In this document: positions 28,709 to 36,965 of the stretch, piece after piece
How positions within the stretch are numbered: the first letter of the stretch is position 1
Layout: each line of letters starts with the position of its first letter
Source of the DNA: Candidatus Cryptobacteroides sp.
GTDB lineage: Bacteria; Bacteroidota; Bacteroidia; Bacteroidales; UBA932
Length of the DNA stretch: 64,000 nucleotides
Assembly: GCA_045627265.1 (NCBI GenBank)
Contig: JAZQNI010000066.1
Coordinates: 160-64,159 of the forward strand
Reading direction: 5' to 3'
Made by a program: the position numbers and the translations under genes
The notes under the pieces: generated by a model
What the model saw: only the letters and a program-made list of their open reading frames with translations
Database searches by the model: none
Told to the model about the DNA's origin: nothing

Positions 28709-29644
28709 ATGAAACCTCTTACTTCTGATTCCCTGCACGGCAACTGGTGCACCCTCCTGCTCGCAACGGGCAAGGACGGCCGCATCGACTGGAGTGCGAT
28801 GGCCGACGAGATAGACGTGCTTGTAGCCGTACATCCGGACGGCATTTATTCTAACGGGACTGCCGGGGAATTCTATTCCCAGGACAGGGAAGAGTTCATC
28901 AAGGTCAGTGAGATGCTTGCCACGAAATGCGAGAAGGCCGGCGTCAACTACCAGATCGGAGTGAGTCACCCCTCCGCACAGGAGTCCCTTGCCCGGCTTC
29001 ACGATGTCGTGCAGCTGCGCCCTGGCGCCGTACAGGTCATCCTTCCGGACTGGTTCCCGGTAAGCGACAGGGAAGCCGTCACATTCATCACAAGGATGGA
29101 GCAGGAATCGGCCGGAGTCCCGCTGGTCCTCTATAACCCGCCGCATGCAAAACGTGTACTCGCACCTTCCGGCTGGAAGATGCTCAAGGCTGCGGCCCGG
29201 AGCCTTGTCGGCGTCAAGGTCTTCGACAACAACTGTTCGAAGGAATGGTATTCAGAAATGAATGCCAACAAAGAAGGCATCTCCGTCTTTGTCCCGGGGC
29301 ATCACCTGGCCACGGGTGTGCTCAACGGTGCGGATGGAGCATATTCCAATGTCGCCTGCATCAATCCTTTCATGGCCCAGAAGTGGACGGACATGATGGC
29401 GACTGACATGCCGGCCGCTTTGGAACTGGAGAGCCGCATCCAGGCATTCATGAAAGAATGCATCGACCCGTTCATCGTGCGCGACAAGTATCCGAACCAT
29501 GCCTGCGACCGCTTCATGGCGAATGTCGGCGCATGGGCGGCTGTCGGCAGCAGGATGAGGTGGCCTTACGATTCGATACCGGAAGACTGCATCGCGCCGG
29601 TACGGGAACGCGGCAAGGCCCTTATTCCGGAATTTTTTGAGTAA
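28709..29644 (+). CDS. DHDPS-family class I aldolase, substrate unknown
   Basis: Start MKPLTS at 28709; NGTAGEF, VLYNPP, VGVKV (Schiff-base Lys); lacks the NAL GxDE motif. Confidence 0.85.
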   Translation: MKPLTSDSLHGNWCTLLLATGKDGRIDWSAMADEIDVLVAVHPDGIYSNGTAGEFYSQDREEFIKVSEMLATKCEKAGVNYQIGVSHPSAQESLARLHDVVQLRPGAVQVILPDWFPVSDREAVTFITRMEQESAGVPLVLYNPPHAKRVLAPSGWKMLKAAARSLVGVKVFDNNCSKEWYSEMNANKEGISVFVPGHHLATGVLNGADGAYSNVACINPFMAQKWTDMMATDMPAALELESRIQAFMKECIDPFIVRDKYPNHACDRFMANVGAWAAVGSRMRWPYDSIPEDCIAPVRERGKALIPEFFE

Positions 29645-29666
29645 ATTTGAAAAAACGAAATCTGAC

Positions 29667-31673
29667 ATGAAGAGATTGGCACTTGTTCTGGCCGCCATGC
29701 TCACTTTCTGCATGGGTGCCGGAGCGCAGATTACAAGGCGCGTCATCTACACCAAGGGTGAGAACGGCTTCGATACATACCGCATCCCGGCAATCGTCCA
29801 GGCAAATGACGGCACCCTCCTTGCGTTTGCCGAAGCGCGCAAGAACAGCGGCGGCGATACCGGGGACATCGACCTGGTCGTCAAGCGCTCGACCAACGGT
29901 GGCAAGACGTGGAGCAGCATCATCACCGTCTGGGACGATGCGGGCAACGTCTGCGGCAATCCGTCGCCGGTCGTCGACCGTGAGACCGGACGTATAGTCC
30001 TGGTCAGCTGCTGGAACAGGGGGGACGATCCAGAGAAGATGATCCATGCCAGGAAGTCCATCGATACCAGACGGGTGTTCGTGACTTTTTCCGATGACAA
30101 CGGCCTTACCTGGGCCCCGATCAGGGAGATAACGGACCAGACCAAGGATCCGGAGTGGACATGGTATGCAACAGGACCGTGCCACGCCATCCAGACGCGT
30201 ACGGGCCGCATCGTCGTTGCCTGCAACCATGGAGTATTCGGGAAGGAAGGCAAGCCGGAAGGCGCCGGGACCCAGTCGCACGTCATCTATTCGGATGACA
30301 AGGGCGAAACATGGCACATAGGCGGATGTCCCGGTGTCGGCAACGAAGCCACTATCGTGGAGCTGGACAACGGTGATCTCCTCATGAACATGCGCGGCGC
30401 CAGAGTTGACCGCAAGGAGACCGGATATGCCCGTCTTGCAGCAATAAGCCACGACGGCGGTGAGACCTTCGATGCCCCGTTCCATGTCAAGGGGCTCATC
30501 GAACCGGTCTGCAATGCCAGCATAATAGATTATTCGCCGGCAGGCGAAAGGACGGGAAAGATTTTGTTCTCCAATCCAGAGCACATCTCCAAGCGCGTGA
30601 ACATGACCGTGAAGATGAGCCGTGACGGCGGCAGCAGCTGGGAAAGGATCTGCACCCTGACCGAAGGTCCTACCGCATATTCGGACCTTTGTGTCCTCAA
30701 GGACGGTGATGTGGCCGCGCTCTACGAGTCCGGTGCCGTCAACTCATATGAAAACATAACCTTCGCCAGGATAGACAAGCGCCTGCTTGAAACGGATCCA
30801 TCTCCTGTCGTGAAGCTCTATCCGCAGGGGCAGGGTGTCGACAAGGGCATCGTGGAGAACGGGGAGGCGGTCACCCTTGGCCCGGGCGAGTCCAACGGTT
30901 TCACCAAGCCGGAGGAGATCAATGAATTCGGCAACTGTTCATTCGTGGGCGATGATGCAAGGATGGAGTTCTATTTCCCTGTCAAGCCAAACGGACAGAT
31001 GGTTATCGTATGCCCGGGAGGCGGATATTCGACTGTCTGTGCAGTCAAGGAAGGACGCGATGTCGCCAAATGGATGAACAGGAGGGGTATTGCAGTCTGC
31101 GTCGTCGTGTACCGTCTGCCGAACGGGCACACCAACGTGCCGCTCACCGACGTGCAGAATGCTTTCCGCTATTGCCGCAGTCACGCCGAGGAATGGGGGA
31201 TCGAGCAGATCGGAGTGATGGGCTTTTCTGCCGGAGGCCATCTTGCCGCCATGGCGTCCAACCTGTATGTGGACGAAATCACCAGGCCGGACTTCTCCGT
31301 GCTGATCTATCCTGTGATCGATCTCGACCATCACAAGGGCACATGCGAGCAGCTTGTAGGCAAGAGCAAGAAGCTCAAGAAACAATATTCTATGCAGAAC
31401 AGGGTGACTGCTGAAACTCCGCGCACTTTCCTGGCTCTCAGCCAGAATGACAATGTCGTGGATATCCACAGCAGTCTCTGGTACTATGATGCCCTGGAAG
31501 AGGCCGGAGTCAAGTCGGAGATGTACATCTTCCCAGGCGGCGGGCACGGCTACGGATTCCTCAATGAGGAAATTGGCGGCAGGACGGACAAACTGGGAGC
31601 ATATAGACCGGTGTTCTCATCCTGCCTGGAGATGTTCCTCAAGAACGTGATGCCCAAGAAAGAAGTCAAATAG
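29667..31673 (+). CDS. GH33 sialidase (2) fused to a C-terminal alpha/beta-hydrolase (esterase)
   Basis: Signal peptide from 29667; YRIP, EAR, Asp-boxes, NE, AYSD; then CPGGGY oxyanion loop, GFSAGG nucleophile elbow, D (NDNVVD), GGGHGYG His. Confidence 0.92.
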   Translation: MKRLALVLAAMLTFCMGAGAQITRRVIYTKGENGFDTYRIPAIVQANDGTLLAFAEARKNSGGDTGDIDLVVKRSTNGGKTWSSIITVWDDAGNVCGNPSPVVDRETGRIVLVSCWNRGDDPEKMIHARKSIDTRRVFVTFSDDNGLTWAPIREITDQTKDPEWTWYATGPCHAIQTRTGRIVVACNHGVFGKEGKPEGAGTQSHVIYSDDKGETWHIGGCPGVGNEATIVELDNGDLLMNMRGARVDRKETGYARLAAISHDGGETFDAPFHVKGLIEPVCNASIIDYSPAGERTGKILFSNPEHISKRVNMTVKMSRDGGSSWERICTLTEGPTAYSDLCVLKDGDVAALYESGAVNSYENITFARIDKRLLETDPSPVVKLYPQGQGVDKGIVENGEAVTLGPGESNGFTKPEEINEFGNCSFVGDDARMEFYFPVKPNGQMVIVCPGGGYSTVCAVKEGRDVAKWMNRRGIAVCVVVYRLPNGHTNVPLTDVQNAFRYCRSHAEEWGIEQIGVMGFSAGGHLAAMASNLYVDEITRPDFSVLIYPVIDLDHHKGTCEQLVGKSKKLKKQYSMQNRVTAETPRTFLALSQNDNVVDIHSSLWYYDALEEAGVKSEMYIFPGGGHGYGFLNEEIGGRTDKLGAYRPVFSSCLEMFLKNVMPKKEVK

Positions 31674-31685
31674 TATTTTGTCGAT

Positions 31686-32870
31686 ATGAAAACTCCCGTA
31701 AAAATCCTTATGGCAGCTGTAGCTCTGCTGGTTTCCCTCTCTTGCAAAAAAACTCTTGATCCATCCCAAGATAATGGTGGTGGACAGGGTGCAGGAGGGA
31801 ATTCCGGAGATTCGGATATCCCTACATATACTTCCACCATATACAAGCAGAATTCGGAGGGTTATCCTATCTTCAGGATTCCGGCCATAGTGACTTCCGC
31901 TAAGGGGACTCTCCTTTGTTTCTGCGAAGGCAGGGCCGCATACGACGACTTCGGTGATATAGACATGGTCGTCAAGAGATCCGAGGACCAGGGCAAGACC
32001 TGGCAGCCTCTGATCAAGATTGCGGATGCCGGCAATGACCGTTATGGCAATCCTGTCCCTGTCGTGCTGGAAGACGGACGCATCCTTCTGGTATTCGGCT
32101 GGAGCAAGCATGAGAGTTCCATGTCCACCAAGGTGTTCACGACCTTCTCTTCCGATGACGGCAAGACTTGGAGCACTCCGGTGGAGATAACTTCCCAGAT
32201 CAAGAAGGACACCAGGTCCATATATCAGACAGGTCCTGTGCATGGCATAGTCAAGCAGCGCGAGCCTCACAAGGGCAGGATCATCGTCCCGATCTACGGC
32301 ACCACGAAAGACAATTTGCGCTCTGCGGTCATATATTCCGATGATAATGCCAAGACATGGAAGCATGGCGGCGGTATTGACTACAACCTCGGCGGAGAGC
32401 CGACGGTTGCCGAACGCGGAGACGGCTCCCTGATCATGAATGTCAGGGACAACGACGACGATCCGTTGAGGCATCAGTCTGTCAGCAATGACGGAGGAGA
32501 GACCTGGGGGCCGCATACTTCCACCAACCTGATCGAGCCGAAGGGCTGCCAGGGGGCATTGCTCACTTACGACCTGGGGACATCGGCCTCCAATTCCGTC
32601 ATCCTCTTCTCCAACCCTAATAACACGGAATCCCGCAGGCACGGGTCGGTCAAGCTGTCGAAGAACGGCGGCTCGTCATACAGCCTGATGTGGCAGTATA
32701 CCATGACTGAGACCAGTGGTATGTACAGCTCCTACTCCGACCTCTGTATAGTTTCCGGAGATGTGATAGGAGTTGCATTCGAGAGCGGGTACAAGAATAA
32801 TACCGGCATACAGTTCAAATCCGTTCAATTCTCGGATATCAAAGAACCGTACACCGGCACCAACAAATAA
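31686..32870 (+). CDS. GH33 sialidase-family lipoprotein (3)
   Basis: Lipobox SLSC, Gly/Ser linker, FRIP, EGR, Asp-boxes, GGEP, MNVR, SYSD. Confidence 0.92.
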   Translation: MKTPVKILMAAVALLVSLSCKKTLDPSQDNGGGQGAGGNSGDSDIPTYTSTIYKQNSEGYPIFRIPAIVTSAKGTLLCFCEGRAAYDDFGDIDMVVKRSEDQGKTWQPLIKIADAGNDRYGNPVPVVLEDGRILLVFGWSKHESSMSTKVFTTFSSDDGKTWSTPVEITSQIKKDTRSIYQTGPVHGIVKQREPHKGRIIVPIYGTTKDNLRSAVIYSDDNAKTWKHGGGIDYNLGGEPTVAERGDGSLIMNVRDNDDDPLRHQSVSNDGGETWGPHTSTNLIEPKGCQGALLTYDLGTSASNSVILFSNPNNTESRRHGSVKLSKNGGSSYSLMWQYTMTETSGMYSSYSDLCIVSGDVIGVAFESGYKNNTGIQFKSVQFSDIKEPYTGTNK

Positions 32871-32887
32871 TCTGCAATTCCTTCCGT

Positions 32888-33478
32888 TTATGCGAAAAAT
32901 TGTCCCAGCCAGGCCTCGTCGATCTTGACGAGGCCTTTTGCTGCGTCCTTGACGGAAGGATTGCGTGAGATGATGCCGCAGCAGTCCTCATAGACGTTGA
33001 ACCCTATCGACAGCATCTCCATCTGACCGTTCTGCGGATAGGTCAGTATGATTTCGTTGTCGGCGCCGTCCATCCGGAGGAACTTCAAAGACACTTCTTT
33101 GCCAAGCTCCTGCCGGGTTACGTATTTGCACATTTCTATTGCGATGTCGTCCAGACCGGCGTCGAATATCTTGACCTTCTCGATGAGGTCTCCGGCCTTT
33201 GTGACAAGTCTTGCCGTGTACCCTTGGGTGTCATCGATGGAAAGAGCATTGTCGGACAGCACAACGAGCAGCATTTCCTTCGGATCCAGATAGACCAGCG
33301 GGCTGCTTATGACCGTCTTTCTGCCGCAATGCGGACATTCACTGATGAAGACCTCCCCGCTGATGACTTTCTCCTTGAGCTCAGGGTTGTCGGAAACGTT
33401 TATGAGGTCGAATATCTCCTTTTCAAATGTGAGACCGCAGCTGCTGCAGGTCAGGGTATGTGTCGATGTACCAGCCAT
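32888..33478 (-). CDS. CpXC-domain (Zn-ribbon) protein
   Basis: CSSC...INVSDNPELKEKVISGE...CPHCG...LVYLDP; DLIEKVKIFDAGLDD. Confidence 0.8.
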   Translation of the reverse strand: MAGTSTHTLTCSSCGLTFEKEIFDLINVSDNPELKEKVISGEVFISECPHCGRKTVISSPLVYLDPKEMLLVVLSDNALSIDDTQGYTARLVTKAGDLIEKVKIFDAGLDDIAIEMCKYVTRQELGKEVSLKFLRMDGADNEIILTYPQNGQMEMLSIGFNVYEDCCGIISRNPSVKDAAKGLVKIDEAWLGQFFA

Positions 33479-33485
33479 AGTGGGA

Positions 33486-33512
33486 CAAAGTTAAGAAATT
33501 TAACTATATTTG
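33486..33512. promoter_or_regulatory. Back-to-back -7 promoter elements (CpXC / YeiH)
   Basis: TAACTTTG on minus (33486-33493), TATATTTG on plus (33505-33512). Confidence 0.55.
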
Positions 33513-33567
33513 TGGCAGCCTGTGCTAAGATGCATCAGGCTCGACGTGTATAACTAAACATTTTCTT

Positions 33568-34917
33568 ATGGGACTTACAAAGAAAACCAGCTGGTCCGAC
33601 CTCATCAAGAAAGAGGACTGGCTCGCGTGTTGGATCGGTTTCATCATCATCCTTATCGGATGCATCTCGGTATTGACCGGTCTTTTCGATTTCTCCGCAC
33701 TCAAATTCAGCACATGGAGTCTCGGCGAGAAAGCCGCCACCAAGGCCGTTCCGCTTGCTGAGCAGTTCGGGTCCTGGGTATTCTGGAGAAAACTCCTTGT
33801 CACAGTGCTTACTCTCGGCATCCTTTTCTCAGCCGGAGTCAAGTGCCAGGGTGGAAGCGTCAAGAAGTACATTCCTGCCTTCCTCGTCCTCTTTGTCCTG
33901 GCAGTGATAGTACGCTTCATCAGCGCCGAGTTCACTCTCAACCGCTATCTCGAGTGGGCTTTCTGGGCCCTTATCGTAGGCCTTCTCGTAGCCAACACTG
34001 TCGGTGTGCCCGAGTGGCTCAAGCCTGCCGTCAAGACTGAGTTCTACATCAAGACAGGTCTTGTCATCATGGGCTTCTCCGTGCTCTTCTCCAACATCGC
34101 CAAGTTCGGCCTCTACGGCCTCGGCATCGCTTGGATTGTGACCCCTATCGTCATCATCTTCATGTGGTGGTTCGGCACCAGGGTACTCAAGATGACCAAC
34201 AAGCCTCTTGTCATCACCCTCGCTGCAGCGACAAGCGTCTGCGGTACATCGGCCGCAATTGCCACCGGAGCCGCTTCCAACGCCAAGAAGGATGACCTCT
34301 CCATGGCCGTGTCCATCTCGATCATCTTCACCATTCTCATGATGGTGTTCGAGCCTATGCTCATCAAGGCATGCGGCATGTCCCCGATTATGGGCGGTTC
34401 GCTCATCGGTGGTACGATCGACAGCACAGGAGCTGTCGTGGTCGCCGGTACCGCTCTCGGCGGTGAGGCGCAGACCGCGGCCGTGCTCGTGAAGTCCATC
34501 CAGAACATCCTCATCGGCTTCATCGCCTTCTTCGTCGCGATCTTCTTCGCCACCAAGGTGGACAAGACCGCAGGAGAGAAGGTCGGCGCATCCGAGATCT
34601 GGGTACGCTTCCCTAAGTTCATCATCGGCTTCTTCGTAGCATCACTCGTGGCTTCCTTCATCATCCAGCCTCTCTGCGGTGCGGACCAGGTCGGCGCCAT
34701 CAACAAGGTGCTCGACCAGTTCAAGAACTGGGCATTCGTGCTTGCGTTCACCAGCATCGGTCTGGATACCAACTTCAAGGAGATCGCCAAGCAGATGCAG
34801 GGCGGCAAGGTGCTCTGGCTGTACATCGTGGGTCAGACATTCAACATCGTGCTCACATTCTTCGCCGTATGGCTCCTGCTCAGCGGCGTGTTGTTCCCTA
34901 TCCCTGTGTTGAACTGA
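33568..34917 (+). CDS. YeiH/putative sulfate exporter (PSE) family membrane protein
   Basis: EDWLA, EFYIKTGLV, SVCGTSAAIA, GGTIDSTGAVV, RFPKFIIGF, AFTSIGL; multiple TM segments. Confidence 0.88.
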   Translation: MGLTKKTSWSDLIKKEDWLACWIGFIIILIGCISVLTGLFDFSALKFSTWSLGEKAATKAVPLAEQFGSWVFWRKLLVTVLTLGILFSAGVKCQGGSVKKYIPAFLVLFVLAVIVRFISAEFTLNRYLEWAFWALIVGLLVANTVGVPEWLKPAVKTEFYIKTGLVIMGFSVLFSNIAKFGLYGLGIAWIVTPIVIIFMWWFGTRVLKMTNKPLVITLAAATSVCGTSAAIATGAASNAKKDDLSMAVSISIIFTILMMVFEPMLIKACGMSPIMGGSLIGGTIDSTGAVVVAGTALGGEAQTAAVLVKSIQNILIGFIAFFVAIFFATKVDKTAGEKVGASEIWVRFPKFIIGFFVASLVASFIIQPLCGADQVGAINKVLDQFKNWAFVLAFTSIGLDTNFKEIAKQMQGGKVLWLYIVGQTFNIVLTFFAVWLLLSGVLFPIPVLN

Positions 34918-34921
34918 TCTG

Positions 34922-35209
34922 ATGTCCAGGAAACAGAAAATAACGAAGGCGGCGCTCATCATCACGGGCGCCGTCGTCATTATAACCGCCATCTACATCA
35001 TGGCGAATGGTCTCGGCTTGTCCGAGAACCTTGATTTCGGAGCCGGAGCGTACTACTACGCGGACATCCCCGGATTCGAGAAATTCGTCAGGAATGACGC
35101 CTATGATTCCCGTCTGCCACTCTGGCTGGCGATAGTCCTTTTCCTCGCCTGGGGCTTCCTTATGTACAGGCTCTGGGTCTGGATAGACAAGAGAAACGAC
35201 AAAGAATAA
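34922..35209 (+). CDS. Small two-TM membrane protein, unknown function
   Basis: Two hydrophobic segments flanking DFGAGAYYYADIPGF; 4-5 nt gaps to both neighbours. Confidence 0.75.
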   Translation: MSRKQKITKAALIITGAVVIITAIYIMANGLGLSENLDFGAGAYYYADIPGFEKFVRNDAYDSRLPLWLAIVLFLAWGFLMYRLWVWIDKRNDKE

Positions 35210-35214
35210 CATTC

Positions 35215-36489
35215 ATGAAAAAGCTGATCATCATCGCATTGTGCGCGGCGTGCTTTGCCGTCGTCTCATGCAACGGAAGAGTAATAACCGTCAAGGGCTG
35301 CAGCGGCAGCGACATTCAGGCTGCGGTGGACAAGGCGTTTTCCCGCGGAGGCGGCAAGGTGATGGTTCCTGCGGGGACCTACAATGTCGGCTCCATCCAG
35401 CTCAAGAGCAACGTGGAGCTTCATCTGGACCAGGGAGCGGTGCTCCTCGGTGCGGACAAGAGCGAGGCTTATGACAGCTTCCCGTCGGAGGTCTGTGCGA
35501 TCAAGCCGGAGAATTCAAGCAAGGTGCTCCTGTATGCCTATGATGCGCAGAATATCGCAGTGACGGGCGAAGGTGTGATAGACGGCCAGGGTCCGAAGTT
35601 CTTCGACATCCCGTCCGGCGAAGTCGGCTTTTATCCGAAGCCTCCGGTGGAGCGTCCGAGGATGGTGCAGCTCATCCGCTGCCAGGGCATCAGGCTCGAG
35701 GGGGTCACATTCAAGGATTCTCCGTGCTGGACCATGTTCATCAGGCAGTGCTCGGACATCGAGGTGAGCGGAATCACCATCACAGCCGACCAGAAGATGA
35801 TCAACAATGATGGCATCGACTTCGATGGCTGCTCGCATGTCCGTGTGACCGGGTCCAGGTTCAAGACATGTGATGACTGCATCATCCTCAGGGCTATGCG
35901 TGAGTATCCTGAGCAGCATATCGTCTGCGAGGACGTGGTGGTGTCCGACTGCGTGCTCGATTCCAAGTGCCAGACAATACGTCTGGGCTGTCCGTCAGAC
36001 GACACCATCAGGAATGCGAGGTTCAGCAATATCGAAGCGACTGGTGGAAACGGGATCTTCGCTGATTATCCGGTACGCTACCTCAGGCCGGATGACGAGG
36101 GTTACATGGATATCAGCGATATCGTGTTCGACGGTTACCGCGGCACGTTCTCGGGCAGCGCGGTGCAGATAGTGTCCGAGCCAGGAGTAAAGCCGCGTCG
36201 CGTGGACGGCATCGTCTTCCGCAATCTGGATGTGAAAAGTGCTTATCCTATCAAGTTCATAGGCAATGCCGGTCACGAGATAGGCAGTGTGCTGCTTGAG
36301 AATTTCAATGGTGAAATCGTGCCGTTCGACGGCCAGACATGCATGGTTAGTGGTTGTAATGGCCTTGTTTTCAAGAATGTGACCATCAACGGGCAGCAGG
36401 TCCAGGACGGTCCGGTGGCCGGCGAGCCAGGTTCCGATGCAGCTCTGGTCCGCGGCAAGGTGATTTCCTGGGAGGCCGTCAAGCAGTAG
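35215..36489 (+). CDS. GH28-like right-handed beta-helix glycoside hydrolase (lipoprotein)
   Basis: IQAAVD...GGGKVMVPAGTY...LKSNVELHL, GVIDGQG, SPCWT, NNDGID, DDCI. Confidence 0.8.
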   Translation: MKKLIIIALCAACFAVVSCNGRVITVKGCSGSDIQAAVDKAFSRGGGKVMVPAGTYNVGSIQLKSNVELHLDQGAVLLGADKSEAYDSFPSEVCAIKPENSSKVLLYAYDAQNIAVTGEGVIDGQGPKFFDIPSGEVGFYPKPPVERPRMVQLIRCQGIRLEGVTFKDSPCWTMFIRQCSDIEVSGITITADQKMINNDGIDFDGCSHVRVTGSRFKTCDDCIILRAMREYPEQHIVCEDVVVSDCVLDSKCQTIRLGCPSDDTIRNARFSNIEATGGNGIFADYPVRYLRPDDEGYMDISDIVFDGYRGTFSGSAVQIVSEPGVKPRRVDGIVFRNLDVKSAYPIKFIGNAGHEIGSVLLENFNGEIVPFDGQTCMVSGCNGLVFKNVTINGQQVQDGPVAGEPGSDAALVRGKVISWEAVKQ

Positions 36490-36496
36490 ATCTCTC

Positions 36497-36952
36497 CCGC
36501 AGCAGAGCAGCAGATGTCGTTACTGTTTCGCCGTTCAAAAAACAGTTACAGACAGATACGAGGTAAACTTTTTTTCGTAATCAGCAACCCCCGATATACG
36601 GCCTGAGAGGCCACACTCTGATTACGAAATCCGTTTTACTGAAAACATCCTCGGCACGCAAATCCGGCTTCACGCGGCTGCGCTGCTGACAGAAGGGCGC
36701 AAAAGTTTTTGCCCATCGCTCCGCTCGGGAATGCGCCCTTCTGTCACAGCTCCGCCTTCGTTCCGCCGTGAGTCTGTCTCCGGCAAACTTTTGTCTCCAC
36801 TTCCAGCCGGGATGGCACAGTGGTCGTGGCGGGTAAGTGATTGAAAATCAGCTCATTCAATACATGAGTGGCGCCTTTGCAGCATACCCCTCATGTGGTT
36901 TATTCGCTGACTATCAGCATGTTACCCGCCACTGGTTATCAGAATACGCTTT
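36497..36952. repeat. Composite palindromic intergenic repeat, copy 1 (modules A 36502-36672, B 36665-36768, D 36771-36799, C 36826-36952)
   Basis: Direct matches to 58972-59318 and 59581-59707; inverted match to 50172-50200; multiple internal inverted repeats. Confidence 0.9.
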
Positions 36953-36965
36953 GAGTCAGAAATTC

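Noticed and set aside
36600-36630. Possible hammerhead ribozyme core in module A (CTGAGAG...CGAAA)
   Set aside because: It does not match CUGANGA, the GAAA is not conserved in copy 2 (CGAGA), and the three required stems could not be built.
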